A stretch of 64,000 nt of DNA from Minisyncoccota bacterium (GTDB taxonomy: Bacteria > Patescibacteriota > Minisyncoccia > 2-02-FULL-40-12 > IGHO2-12-FULL-4). How positions within the stretch are numbered: position 1 is the first letter of the stretch; each line of letters opens with the position of its first letter. Made by a program: the position numbers and the translations under genes. Below the pieces are notes generated by a model. That model did not search any database. It was not told the DNA's origin and worked only from the letters and a program-made list of their open reading frames with translations. The stretch lies in NCBI GenBank assembly GCA_036517795.1, contig DATDTF010000011.1:9772-73771 (forward strand), in the 5' to 3' direction. Shown here piece after piece: positions 45,293 to 55,467 of this stretch.

Positions 45293-46384
45293 ATGAGAAA
45301 AAAAATAGTGATTTTAGTGCTCATCTTTTCTCTGGGTTTTAGTGCTCCTCTTTACGTTGCCCGAGGCGCAGCTATGGTTTTGTGGGTGGTCAAAGAGTTT
45401 GGTCTAGATTTGGTCGCCAGAGCTTTATCGAGAAGATTGCTTACAGCTTTGAATGATAGCGTCGTCGAAGCCATCAATCAACTGGGTGTTGAGGGTGGCA
45501 AGCCAGGAGCAACTTTTGTTCAAAACTGGAAAAGATTTTTGGCAGATGCTCAAAGAATAGGTGAAAATCAGTTTCGCAGTCAGTTGAGTTATGTCATTAG
45601 AAACGGCTTTCTTTGCGGTGATTTGCAAGGACCTCTTGCAACAGCCTTTCAAGCAACGGCTGGAGATTACATTAACATTGGTGAACCCGATTTAAATGCT
45701 GAACTTCAGCAAAGCACCCTGACACCATTTCAAACAAAAATAAAGTGTACTCTGCCAAATAGTGTACGAGAGGCTTTCAAAAAAGACTTTGGCAAGGGCG
45801 GAGGCTGGGAAACTTGGTCAAGAATAGTCCAACCTCAAAACAACTTATCCGGTGCACTGACTATCTCCCTTGAAGAACTGGCAAAGCAACGAGCTTCGCA
45901 AGAGTCAGCCAGACAAAATCAAGTAGCAGCGGGCAGTGGTTTTGCCGGAGTGCAAGACAGCTGTAAAGGTTTCGGAGCTAACTCCAAATGCTCTTTTTTG
46001 GGTGAAGTTGTCACACCCGGTGATATGCTAAGTGAGGGTGCCGCTGACTGGCTGGATTCCAACTCCAAATGGTTTGTTTCTTCCGATGAACTTTCGGAAG
46101 TTCTAATCAATATTATTAACGCCGCAGTCGGTAAACTGCAAAACTTTATAGCCAGCAAAACGTTTGGACTGCTTGGGGTACCGGCCGGTTCATCCTCTCA
46201 AGACAACTCTGCGAGTCAAGCCGGACAATACACTGGCAGGGTGCAAAATGATTGTATACCACTATGTATTACCCCAAAGAACAACGGCTGTGACAACACC
46301 AATCTTTTTACTTTTCCTGAAACGATAGACACTTGTTATGCTAAAGCCAAAGCCGAATGTGATAAACAATGCGCCGTACCTTAA
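45293..46384 (+). CDS. Exported Cys-containing hypothetical protein of the secretion cluster
   Basis: Signal peptide; FVQNW, GGWETW...PQNN, VVTPG and SSDELSE motifs; Cys-rich C-terminus. Confidence 0.6.
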   Translation: MRKKIVILVLIFSLGFSAPLYVARGAAMVLWVVKEFGLDLVARALSRRLLTALNDSVVEAINQLGVEGGKPGATFVQNWKRFLADAQRIGENQFRSQLSYVIRNGFLCGDLQGPLATAFQATAGDYINIGEPDLNAELQQSTLTPFQTKIKCTLPNSVREAFKKDFGKGGGWETWSRIVQPQNNLSGALTISLEELAKQRASQESARQNQVAAGSGFAGVQDSCKGFGANSKCSFLGEVVTPGDMLSEGAADWLDSNSKWFVSSDELSEVLINIINAAVGKLQNFIASKTFGLLGVPAGSSSQDNSASQAGQYTGRVQNDCIPLCITPKNNGCDNTNLFTFPETIDTCYAKAKAECDKQCAVP

Positions 46385-46492
46385 GCTTAAAAAATGAAAG
46401 GCAGAACAATCTACAAAAAAAATAAAATTCATACTATCAATTTTCATTCTGGCTGTTTTTGTTTTTTCAACATCAAAAACTAACATATCTTT

Positions 46493-48802
46493 ATGTCTTT
46501 ATTTAGTATCAGCGACATAGTAAATTCTGCCATTGCTAAGATTATCTTATACATTCAAGGATTGGTCATGGGCTTCATAGGCACGGCTTTGGCATGGACA
46601 GCCTATGCCCTGGCTTGGTTCCTTAAATTTCAGGGAGGATTTTTTGAAGAGGTCGCCATTGTCAAAACTTCTTGGGAAGTTTTTCGCAACTTCGCCAACA
46701 TGTTTTTCATCTTAATTCTGATTATCATCGCCTTCGCCACTATTTTTGATATTCAAAACTACAACTGGAAGGGTCTGATGGCCAAGTTTATCGTCGCCGC
46801 TCTTTTGATAAATTTCAGTTTGGCAATAGGTGGATTTTTGATAGATGTTTCCAACAACTTATCAAACTTAGTGCTCAACCAGTTTGGTGATATCACCAGC
46901 GATCTGGCCGGCGGTTTTGGAATTACTAAACTAGGCGCCGCTTTGGGCGGAGGCACTAGTAGTATAAAAGCTGTTCTGGAAAAGTCTGCAGGTGACCCAG
47001 AAGCTTTAGCTCTGGGCGTCATAATCTCACTTAGTGGCATGCTGATTGTAGCCGTTATTACCTTACTCTCAATGCTCGCCGCCCTAGTTTTTTCCATGAT
47101 AAGAGTGCCTATTCTCTGGGCACTACTGATTGTCTCACCCCTAGCTTGGATCACCGGAATTTTACCTAACACCAGAGAGTTCAATAAAAAATGGTGGAAC
47201 TGGTTTATCGGCTGGACTTTCTTTCTGCCGACCTACCTATTTGCCCTTATGATGGGCATAGCAATTCTCAAAGGCAGGCCAGACTTAAGCGCCGCCGCAG
47301 TTTTTGCAGAACAGGCAAGCGGACCGGAAGGTCTGCCGACCAGAGCCGCCAACTTCTTTGGTTTCGCATTTCAAGATGTATTCTATTGGGGACTGACTGT
47401 AATTATTCTAATCGGCGGCCTGGCCGCTTCACTCAAGGCCAGTTTTGCCGCCGGCAGCGGCGCCACCAAAGCTTTCGGCAATATCAGTGGGACTATAAAC
47501 AACTGGGCCAAAAGAAAGGCCTACATTCCGGCCATCCAAAAAGCCGGCAAAGAAAAGCTGGCCGAGATTCAGGATACCGGGCTACAAGGCAAAGTCGGCC
47601 GCTTCCTGTATGGCGGCGAGAGGGCAGAGAGACTGCGGGCAGCAAGAGTCGCCGGTCTTTTAGGCAAAAAAGAAGCTATGTCTGAAGCCGAAGCGGCAGA
47701 AGTTCAGAAAAATTATGCCAAATACAAAGCCGAGGGTCTTGATAAAGACAAGACTGCTTTGGACGCTTTAAACAAACAAATTGGTACAGGCAGTCTTAGT
47801 AAATTCCAGGAACTGGCCGCCAGAAAACTGCGTGCTGAAAATGGTTGGGTTGCTGAAGGCAAAGCTGGAGAAACCGAGATAGAAGAAACGATCAGAACTG
47901 CCGGAGAGAATAGCAAGTTTGCACAAGAGTATGTTGACGCTCTTAAAAAGAATGGTTTTGAGGAGGCTCTGGGAAGCCAAGCTCAAGCGGAAGATCTCGC
48001 CAAGAGAACAACCATCTTGCCTCTAAAAAAGGCTATTTTGGAAACCATGATTAAGAATAACCAAATTCTCAGCGACACCATGGCTGAAATGGTTTTAGGA
48101 GTATTCAAAAACGATTCCAAGGCTGTCAAAGATGAAATTGAAAAGGGTTTACAGAAAAATATTAAAAACTTCTCTGACACCAAGAAGAAAAATGACCGAG
48201 CCGCCTATCTCCTTGACGCCAGCAAGAACAAAGGTATTAAACGGATACTAGCGAGGCAAATGTCTGAAGATGGTGAAATAAATACATACCAAAAATACAA
48301 AACTGCCGCCGAACTGTTCGGTGGAGAAAATGAAACCGAATCTAGAGACATGCTTAACAAAATAATTAAAGACAAACCACTTGGTCATGCTGATATTTTG
48401 TTTAGACAGAAACTGGCTAAAGCCGAAGCTGATGATACAATTTTGGTCGCAGATTACGACCCTCTAAGCCCGACCGCGACTACTCCTGCCAGAGAAAAAG
48501 AGTTTGTTGATCAGATTAAAGAAAAACTCCCCAAAATGGGCGCTAAGGCTATCGCCGAGACAGACATAGATATCTGGGAAAGACCTGTTTTTGAGACTGT
48601 TTTGAAAGATAAAATTGGTGAGCTAGAAAGAAAGGAACCAAGCAAACTAGGCAAAACTGGCGGAAGGGGCAAGGCAGGAGCAGGTAAGAGATATCTCTTA
48701 AGAATCATGAAAGTGTTTGAGCTTGACCCCAATCCCGAAAAAGAAGTTATTATGGAAAGAATCATAGCAGCGTCTAAAGCGGCCGGCATGCCCTGGCCTT
48801 AA
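46493..48802 (+). CDS. VirB6/TrbL-like polytopic membrane protein with long cytoplasmic tail
   Basis: WEVFRNFANMFFI...ALLINFSL...ID.SN and R...LW.L...SPLAW...LP..R...KKWW; precedes prgI and virB4. Confidence 0.7.
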   Translation: MSLFSISDIVNSAIAKIILYIQGLVMGFIGTALAWTAYALAWFLKFQGGFFEEVAIVKTSWEVFRNFANMFFILILIIIAFATIFDIQNYNWKGLMAKFIVAALLINFSLAIGGFLIDVSNNLSNLVLNQFGDITSDLAGGFGITKLGAALGGGTSSIKAVLEKSAGDPEALALGVIISLSGMLIVAVITLLSMLAALVFSMIRVPILWALLIVSPLAWITGILPNTREFNKKWWNWFIGWTFFLPTYLFALMMGIAILKGRPDLSAAAVFAEQASGPEGLPTRAANFFGFAFQDVFYWGLTVIILIGGLAASLKASFAAGSGATKAFGNISGTINNWAKRKAYIPAIQKAGKEKLAEIQDTGLQGKVGRFLYGGERAERLRAARVAGLLGKKEAMSEAEAAEVQKNYAKYKAEGLDKDKTALDALNKQIGTGSLSKFQELAARKLRAENGWVAEGKAGETEIEETIRTAGENSKFAQEYVDALKKNGFEEALGSQAQAEDLAKRTTILPLKKAILETMIKNNQILSDTMAEMVLGVFKNDSKAVKDEIEKGLQKNIKNFSDTKKKNDRAAYLLDASKNKGIKRILARQMSEDGEINTYQKYKTAAELFGGENETESRDMLNKIIKDKPLGHADILFRQKLAKAEADDTILVADYDPLSPTATTPAREKEFVDQIKEKLPKMGAKAIAETDIDIWERPVFETVLKDKIGELERKEPSKLGKTGGRGKAGAGKRYLLRIMKVFELDPNPEKEVIMERIIAASKAAGMPWP

Positions 48803-48807
48803 ATAAA

Positions 48808-49299
48808 ATGAGAAATATCTACAGTCCAATTGAAGTTGATGACGACTCTTTACTGCTTGACGACGAAAAGCACGAGTTGTTTTACTCAAAAATTAATGCC
48901 TTGCCTCAAAACATTCAAGACTTGCTTTTTTCTTTGGACACAGAGGATAAATTAAAAAATATAGCTGTTCAAACCAAACTAAACCAGAATCAATCCATCG
49001 AGCTGACTCGCTTGGTTAGGGATGTGTTGATAAATGAAATCTATCTTGGAGACATAATCAAAGAGTCACAAAAACGCCTTGTTGTTAGTGAAGAATTTGC
49101 CCGTGAAATTGCCAACCAAATTGTTTCTGTAATTCTTGCTCCTGCCCTTGAAGATATTAAAAAAATTCACGTTGAGAAGTTCGGACGTCCCGCTGCCGAC
49201 GTTGCCACGCCTTCTAACAGCAAGTCACAAATCCCAGAAAGAGACAAGCCCCAGATAATAAACCCTGGCAATATAGTAAATCTTAGAAACAAAAATTAG
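48808..49299 (+). CDS. Hypothetical protein (secretion cluster)
   Basis: Tightly packed ORF; ends GNIVNLR. Confidence 0.6.
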   Translation: MRNIYSPIEVDDDSLLLDDEKHELFYSKINALPQNIQDLLFSLDTEDKLKNIAVQTKLNQNQSIELTRLVRDVLINEIYLGDIIKESQKRLVVSEEFAREIANQIVSVILAPALEDIKKIHVEKFGRPAADVATPSNSKSQIPERDKPQIINPGNIVNLRNKN

Positions 49300-49301
49300 C
49301 A

Positions 49302-49607
49302 ATGAGGTTTCAAGTTCCACAATTTATAGAGACGGAAGAAAAGATAATCGGACCCTTTACGATTAAGCAGTTCATTTTTATCACTATCGGCGGAATGCTT
49401 TTGTTCTTAATCTTTTTTCTGGTTACTCCCGGCTGGTTTGTGATTTTAGCCATACCCGTCATAGCTATTACTTTAAGTTTAGCGCTGATAAAAGTCGCTG
49501 AAATGCCTCTTTACTTATATCTTGCCCACGCTTTGAGCTTTGCTTTTAACCCGAAGAGGTATATCTACAGACCCGACCAAGAAGAAATAAATCATGGCCC
49601 AAAATAA
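49302..49607 (+). CDS. PrgI-family (VirB3-like) membrane protein
   Basis: MRFQVPQFIETEEKIIGPFTIKQF followed by two TM helices. Confidence 0.85.
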   Translation: MRFQVPQFIETEEKIIGPFTIKQFIFITIGGMLLFLIFFLVTPGWFVILAIPVIAITLSLALIKVAEMPLYLYLAHALSFAFNPKRYIYRPDQEEINHGPK

Positions 49608-50217
49608 AAACCTGAACACGAAACAATTCGTTGACATTCACGACATTAAAGACGGCGTGGTCATACTTAAAAACGGCTCACTGCGCTTAATTTTAGAAAT
49701 TAGCTCCGTTAATTTTGATTTGAAATCAAGCGACGAACAGACGGCCATTATCAAAGCTTTTCAAAATTTCTTAAACTCACTTGATTTTCCTCTGCAAATT
49801 GTCGTGCATTCACGCCAGCTTGATATTAAAAACTATTTGGCTAAAACCCAAGTCCTTGTTGACCAGCTGGACAACGAACTTTTAAAAATTCAGGGAATTG
49901 AGTACATAAGATTTATAAAAGGCTTGACCGAGCTGGCCAACATTATGTCCAAAAGTTTTTATGTCGTGGTGCCTTTATACATAACTGAAGCCGCCTCAAA
50001 AAAGAGCCTTTTGGAAAACATAAAAAGCGTTTTTGGCACTGCCGCTCAAAAAATAAAGAGTCTTGAAGAACAAGACTTCAGTATATATAAAAGCCCGATA
50101 GAACAGCGGGCTGAAATTATAATGGAAGGCTTGCGCGGTATGGGCCTTGCTTCAAAAGTTTTGGACAAAGAAAGTTTAGTAAAAATATTCTACAATCTTT
50201 TTAACCCAAATGCCTAA
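49594..50217 (+). CDS. TraC/VirB4-associated protein
   Basis: IKDGVVILKNG...SVNFDLKS.DEQ...FLNSLDFPLQI; lies between prgI and the ATPase. Confidence 0.65.
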   Translation: MAQNKNLNTKQFVDIHDIKDGVVILKNGSLRLILEISSVNFDLKSSDEQTAIIKAFQNFLNSLDFPLQIVVHSRQLDIKNYLAKTQVLVDQLDNELLKIQGIEYIRFIKGLTELANIMSKSFYVVVPLYITEAASKKSLLENIKSVFGTAAQKIKSLEEQDFSIYKSPIEQRAEIIMEGLRGMGLASKVLDKESLVKIFYNLFNPNA

Positions 50218-51982
50218 CGACCCAAACAAAATTACAGAGATAAAAACATCTGAATTTCTGGATGACCAGCTGGCTCCCAGCGCTATTAATATCTCCGGCA
50301 ATAACTTGCAAATCGGCGCCCGGTTTGCCAAGACTTTGTTTTTATCAACTTTGCCTAGATACCTAAACACTCAGTGGTTTTCGCCCGTCATCAATTTAGA
50401 CAGAGTTTTGGACATCTCAATCTACTTTCATCCGGCTGACTCGGGTACTGTTCTAAAAAAGTTAAGAGACAAGCTTGCCCGCTTGCAGGCTGAGGCCATA
50501 GAAGAAGCCAATCAAGGCAAGGTTCGCAACCCCATTCTTGACACGGCCATTTCGGACATTGAAGACTTGCGGGACACTATTCAGCAGGGGACAGACAGAT
50601 TTTTTGAGTTCGGCGTCTATATCACAATTTACGGCCAGAGCGAAAAAGACTTAGATGAGACTGAGTCAAAAATCAGAGGCCTGTTTGAGGCGCAGTTAAT
50701 TTATCTCAAACCGGCAACTTTCAGAATGAAAGAGGGTTTCCTTTCAACCCTGCCTTTGGATAACGACCTTTTAAACGCCCACAGTTCTCTGAACACTCAA
50801 CCCATTTCTTCGGTGTTTCCTTTTGTTTCTTACGACTTAACTTCTGACAGCGGCCTTCTGTACGGCATCAATACCCACAACAACTCCCTGATTCTTTTTG
50901 ACCGTTTTTCTTTGGAAAACTACAACAGTGTCGTTTTCGGCAAATCTGGGGGGGGTAAAAGCTACGTCGTTAAGTTAGAGATTCTAAGAAGCTTAATGTT
51001 AGGCACCGAGGTTTTCATAATTGACCCGGAAAACGAATACAAATACCTAGCTGATACAGTAGGCGGTTCTACGGTCAACATCTCCGTTGCTTCCGATAGC
51101 CACATTAACCCGTTTGACCTGCCTCAACCGGCGGCGGGAGAAGAGTTCAAAGATATCTTTCGGACACACATTTTGGACTTAACCGGTTTGTTTAAATTAA
51201 TGCTGGTAGAGCTTACGCCGGAAGAAAGCTCTTTACTTGACGAGGCGCTGATTCAGTCTTACGCCTTAAAAGACATAACTATGGAGAGCAATAACAGCCA
51301 AGGCGAGGTGCCGCTACTCTCTGACTTCCAAAATATTCTTGAAGGGCTTGCCGGAGCCGAATCTATGGCCATCCGGATAAAAAAATACACCGAAGGAACC
51401 TTTGCCGGATTTTTAAACAGACCGACAAATGTTTCCTTGGACAATAGGTTAGTTCTCTTCAGTATCAGAGACATGGAAGAAGAGTTGAGACCTATCGCCA
51501 TGTACCTTGTCTTAAATTATATCTGGACAAAGGTCCGCACTGTACTTAAAAAGAGAACCCTTGTCGTGGACGAGGCTTGGTGGTTGCTTAAATATGAGAT
51601 TGGCGGAGCTTTTTTGTACAATGTGGCCAAGAGAGCAAGAAAGTACTTTTTGGGACTGACAACAATTTCACAAGATGTGCCTGACTTTCTAAATTCTTCT
51701 TATGGCAAAGCAATCGTCACCAACTCCTCAATTCAAATTTTAATGAAGCAATCCGCCGCCTCAATTGAAGGCGTTAAGCAAACATTTAACCTTACCGATG
51801 CTGAAAAATTCTTTCTGCTGGAAGCCGGTGTCGGACACGGACTATTCTTTGCCGGCTCTAACCACGTCGGCATCAGAGTGGTTGCCTCATACACTGAAGA
51901 CCAAATTATCACTTCCGACCCCCGCCAGATTTTAGAAATTGAGAGAGCGAAAAAAGAGTGGGCCGAACAGCAAAAAACTTAG
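50210..51982 (+). CDS. VirB4/TraC-like ATPase
   Basis: Walker A GKSGGGKS, IDPENEY, INPFD, Walker B VVDEAW, KRARKY and ISQD. Confidence 0.92.
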   Translation: MPNDPNKITEIKTSEFLDDQLAPSAINISGNNLQIGARFAKTLFLSTLPRYLNTQWFSPVINLDRVLDISIYFHPADSGTVLKKLRDKLARLQAEAIEEANQGKVRNPILDTAISDIEDLRDTIQQGTDRFFEFGVYITIYGQSEKDLDETESKIRGLFEAQLIYLKPATFRMKEGFLSTLPLDNDLLNAHSSLNTQPISSVFPFVSYDLTSDSGLLYGINTHNNSLILFDRFSLENYNSVVFGKSGGGKSYVVKLEILRSLMLGTEVFIIDPENEYKYLADTVGGSTVNISVASDSHINPFDLPQPAAGEEFKDIFRTHILDLTGLFKLMLVELTPEESSLLDEALIQSYALKDITMESNNSQGEVPLLSDFQNILEGLAGAESMAIRIKKYTEGTFAGFLNRPTNVSLDNRLVLFSIRDMEEELRPIAMYLVLNYIWTKVRTVLKKRTLVVDEAWWLLKYEIGGAFLYNVAKRARKYFLGLTTISQDVPDFLNSSYGKAIVTNSSIQILMKQSAASIEGVKQTFNLTDAEKFFLLEAGVGHGLFFAGSNHVGIRVVASYTEDQIITSDPRQILEIERAKKEWAEQQKT

Positions 51983-51991
51983 TCAACACTT

Positions 51992-52660
51992 ATGGCCGAC
52001 CAAATAGAAGAATCGTCCGAAAATGAAACTGATGAAGAAGAAGCGATAGCTTTAGTTTTTCAAACTGAACAAGAACTAAATTTGGCCAAACAGAGATTGC
52101 TGGCAGTTTCAGAAGAAGGACAAAGCTATAAAAACCCTTCTTTACTAAAATATGGATTTTTATTTTTTGTCGCTGGTGCCATAGATGCCGTTGATTTTTT
52201 GGATTTGACAGGTGCGGGCATAATAATTGCAAAGATAGTTTCTATAGCCGGAACTTGTATTATATATTTCACTTTATGGCTTACCGACAGCCGATTCAAA
52301 AAAGCCCATGAACTTATTGGCAATCTGGAAGAAGCAATCTTGGATGTTCAGCAAAAAGCAGCCAGAGTAAGCAGTTTGGCAATGAGAACATCTCGAGTTC
52401 TTAGCAAGATACCTGGCATGAAAGGATTGGCCAGAAGAATACCGAGAACTATGGTTAAAATTAGACGATTAGCCCGTAAAAACCCGCTTACGAAAGTTCT
52501 AATTGGAGGTGCAATTAACCTCATACCATTTCTGGCAATAATTAATCTAATGATAGTTTGGGTATGGCTAAATTATCACGACGAGAAAAAAGCCTTCAAG
52601 CACGCCCGACAGTCATCACAAGAGGCGTTAACACAAATTGAAATGACGGGAACAGCATGA
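51992..52660 (+). CDS. Hypothetical membrane protein
   Basis: Acidic N-terminus, TM hairpins and a basic amphipathic stretch. Confidence 0.6.
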   Translation: MADQIEESSENETDEEEAIALVFQTEQELNLAKQRLLAVSEEGQSYKNPSLLKYGFLFFVAGAIDAVDFLDLTGAGIIIAKIVSIAGTCIIYFTLWLTDSRFKKAHELIGNLEEAILDVQQKAARVSSLAMRTSRVLSKIPGMKGLARRIPRTMVKIRRLARKNPLTKVLIGGAINLIPFLAIINLMIVWVWLNYHDEKKAFKHARQSSQEALTQIEMTGTA

Positions 52661-52695
52661 TAAAGTAGAGTCAGTGGTAAGAAACTCAATTTAAT

Positions 52696-52805
52696 TCCGA
52701 TATTGCTCTGCCGAGCTTTAGCAAGTGTCAGCTGGGATAAAGTCAAAAGGGACTTTGCCAAAGGCGGAGTGTGTCAAAGACAAGAACAATATCGGCATTG
52801 GGACG
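52696..52805 (+). repeat. Full-length dispersed repeat abutting a start codon
   Basis: CCGATATTG (52697) ... CAATATCGG (52787-52795) inverted ends; ATG follows at 52806. Confidence 0.85.
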
Positions 52806-53900
52806 ATGAACCAAAAAACAATTCTTACAATTCTAATACTTGTGCTGGCTGGTATAGTAACCTTTTTGGGAGGCTACCTTTTGGCAAACAAAGGCACCGG
52901 ACAAACTGCCAACATAGCCGGACTGAACCGTTTTTCAAATTTCTCCGCCAATAAGCCCGAATCTGAAAAAACCACTACAGTAAAGTTAAACCGCTTGAGC
53001 AGTGTCAAGGTTGTGAGTCCGGCCATTTCTGAAAACGGCAGAAATATTAACTACTTTGAAAAGGGCACGGGAAAAATTTTCTCCAGTGACTTTGCCGGAC
53101 AAAGCATTAATATTATCAACGGCAACATTAAAGAAGACGTTACCGGAGCTGTCTGGTCAAAAAACGGTTGGCAAGCAGTTGTCGCAAGAAAAACTTCCCG
53201 CGGACAAGTTTTTAGCCTGTCTGACTTAAAAATTGACATATTAACAGATCTAAATGAAAAGATGTCAGGAATAACCTGGTCTCCGGACGGACAAAAAATA
53301 GCTTACTTGTTTTTTGACTCTTCAGCAGAAGAAGGAAACATCAGTATTGCAAATCCCGATGGCTCATCCTTTAAAAACGTTCTGCCCACCAGAAATAGCC
53401 AATTAAAAATATCTTGGCCCAGTAAGGATAGCCTTGCTTTCTATAGTCCGAGTGGGGTAGACCGAAGTTTGTTCCTGCTAAATATGGAAACTGGGGAGCT
53501 GGAGAAAATTTTGGAGTCAGCCAACAACTTAAAAACTCTCTGGTCTCCAGATGGCTTAAATTTAATTTATTCTCACAGCAAAGAGGACGGTAGTGTAGTG
53601 ACAAACTTGCTTCAACTTAAAGAAGATAACCGTTCTGTTTTAGATCTCAGCCTGCAGACCAATGCCGATAAATGCGTTTGGAGTTTAAACTCACAAAAAT
53701 TTTATTGCGGAGGAACTAAAGCCGACGGCGCGGAGGAGGGTCTTTATGAATTTGACCTAACTAAAAAGGAATTTGGTTTGGTGTTTCAGTCCAGTTCTGT
53801 CGACCAAATTGAAATTGAAAAACCTTTCTTATCACCAGTAGAAAATTTCATCTTTTTTACAAACGGCTACGATCAGTATCTCTTCTCTATTAGCCTTTAA
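52806..53900 (+). CDS. Membrane-anchored beta-propeller protein (TolB/PD40-like repeats)
   Basis: Repeated WSKNG/WSPDG/WSLN blades; N-terminal TM. Confidence 0.75.
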   Translation: MNQKTILTILILVLAGIVTFLGGYLLANKGTGQTANIAGLNRFSNFSANKPESEKTTTVKLNRLSSVKVVSPAISENGRNINYFEKGTGKIFSSDFAGQSINIINGNIKEDVTGAVWSKNGWQAVVARKTSRGQVFSLSDLKIDILTDLNEKMSGITWSPDGQKIAYLFFDSSAEEGNISIANPDGSSFKNVLPTRNSQLKISWPSKDSLAFYSPSGVDRSLFLLNMETGELEKILESANNLKTLWSPDGLNLIYSHSKEDGSVVTNLLQLKEDNRSVLDLSLQTNADKCVWSLNSQKFYCGGTKADGAEEGLYEFDLTKKEFGLVFQSSSVDQIEIEKPFLSPVENFIFFTNGYDQYLFSISL

Positions 53901-53936
53901 AATAAAAACTGGGATTATATAATCCCAGTTTTTATT
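53901..53936. terminator. Bidirectional terminator
   Basis: Perfect 36-bp palindrome AATAAAAACTGGGATTAT|ATAATCCCAGTTTTTATT between convergent genes. Confidence 0.8.
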
Positions 53937-53939
53937 ACT

Positions 53940-54455
53940 TTATATTATTAGAGGTCGAATCACCACTCTTCTTTCCGGCTCTTCACCGATGCTCTCCGTT
54001 TCCAAATCCGGATGGGAAGCCAATTCAACGTGAATCAAGCGTCTTTCATAAGATGACATTGGATCCAAAGCTTCAGCTTTTTTGCTGACCTTGACCCTGT
54101 TTGCCACTTCCAAAGCCTTTTCTACCACCTGCTGTACTCGCAGCTTTCTATAGTCGTTAATATCAACCATAAAAGAGAAAGGTTTAGGAGACGGGGAAGT
54201 ATTTAAAAGTTTAGTTTTTTTGAAATACAGAAGTTTGATTATGTGTTCGACGGCCTTTATGTTCTGGCCGTTTTTTCCTATCAAAGCGCTCAAGTCTTCA
54301 TTCGAGCTGACGGCAACAACCTTCAGACTTTGATCTTTCTCATTAGAAAAAATATTCACACTTGTTTCATAGCCAAGTTTATCCAGAACGTCTTTGGCAA
54401 CGTTTTCTAAAATTACGGGCTTTTCGTCTATTTTTTCATTTAGATTTTCGTTCAT
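53940..54455 (-). CDS. jag: Jag/KhpB RNA-binding protein (KH plus R3H)
   Basis: LIGKNG, PMSSYERRLIH and ESIGEEPERRV motifs. Confidence 0.9.
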   Translation of the reverse strand: MNENLNEKIDEKPVILENVAKDVLDKLGYETSVNIFSNEKDQSLKVVAVSSNEDLSALIGKNGQNIKAVEHIIKLLYFKKTKLLNTSPSPKPFSFMVDINDYRKLRVQQVVEKALEVANRVKVSKKAEALDPMSSYERRLIHVELASHPDLETESIGEEPERRVVIRPLII

Positions 54456-54464
54456 TTTAGTAAC

Positions 54465-55199
54465 CTAGCTCGGCAAATTGGGAAATTTTTTGTTTATATA
54501 TAACTGTTCAAACATTGAAAACAAAGTGGTAACCGCCCAATATAAAACAAGTCCGGCTGGCAACTTCCAGCCAATAATTATAATCATAATTGGGAAAAAA
54601 TACAACATTTGCTTATTCATTGCCCCCATGCCAAAACTATCTTTTAAAGCCTCTTTGGAGCCAGAATCTGCCGTTTGTCCTTGCTTTGCAAAACTAAGCT
54701 TGGAGTGAAAAAACTGAAAAGCGCCGGAAATAACGGCCAAAGCCGGGCTGTTTTTTGACAAATCAAAAAAACCGAAAGAGATGCTGTTTATGGTATCGGG
54801 GTTTTTTATAAAACCGTAGAGCAGACCCAAACTCTCCGGCTTAAAGCCGTTGGCAAAAGCTCTATACAAAGCGAACAACACGGGAAGCTGGATTATGAGA
54901 GGTAAACAACCGGAAGCCGGATTAACTTTATTTTCTTTGTAGAGAGCCATGACTGCTTGGGCTTGGGCTGCCTTATCGTCTTTGTACTTCATCTGCAACT
55001 CCTTAATTTTCGGCTGAAGCCTAGCCATCAGTTTTTGTGAACGCAAAGCTTTGACAGACAGCGGCATGAAAATCAATCTTACCAATAATGTCAAAACTAT
55101 TATTGCCAAACCGAAGTCGGACCCTGGAATCAGGTTGTAGATAAAAACTAAAAAATTAAATATTGGTCTGTATAAAGCCTCGTTAAAAATGGTTGACAT
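54465..55199 (-). CDS. yidC: Membrane protein insertase YidC
   Basis: LQPKIKELQ.KY, NPASGCLPLIIQLP and LPAGLVLYW motifs. Confidence 0.95.
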   Translation of the reverse strand: MSTIFNEALYRPIFNFLVFIYNLIPGSDFGLAIIVLTLLVRLIFMPLSVKALRSQKLMARLQPKIKELQMKYKDDKAAQAQAVMALYKENKVNPASGCLPLIIQLPVLFALYRAFANGFKPESLGLLYGFIKNPDTINSISFGFFDLSKNSPALAVISGAFQFFHSKLSFAKQGQTADSGSKEALKDSFGMGAMNKQMLYFFPIMIIIIGWKLPAGLVLYWAVTTLFSMFEQLYINKKFPNLPS

Positions 55200-55200
55200 A

Positions 55201-55458
55201 TTAAATCAAGTCTTGGCCGCCCAAAGGATGGCACTTGCTTATTCTTTTTAAACTTAAAATTGAGCCCTTAATCAAACCCTGCTCTTGAATAGCTTCAGTA
55301 AAATAATCAGAGCAGGTAGGATAAAATCGGCAGCTTGTCGGAAAAAAAAGATGAGGAGACACTGCCAACAAATAAGAAAAGTTTCTTTTATAAACTCTTG
55401 TCACTTCTTGCAATATCTTAACGAACAGTTTGTTGTTTAAAATTTTATTAGACATCAC
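55201..55458 (-). CDS. yidD: Membrane protein insertion efficiency factor YidD
   Basis: [10 protein letters not shown]...RISKCHP motif. Confidence 0.9.
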   Translation of the reverse strand: MMSNKILNNKLFVKILQEVTRVYKRNFSYLLAVSPHLFFPTSCRFYPTCSDYFTEAIQEQGLIKGSILSLKRISKCHPLGGQDLI

Positions 55459-55467
55459 TTAACAGAG

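Noticed and set aside
44292-53900. Integrative conjugative element
   Set aside because: No integrase, relaxase or att repeats; the cluster is continuous with housekeeping genes.
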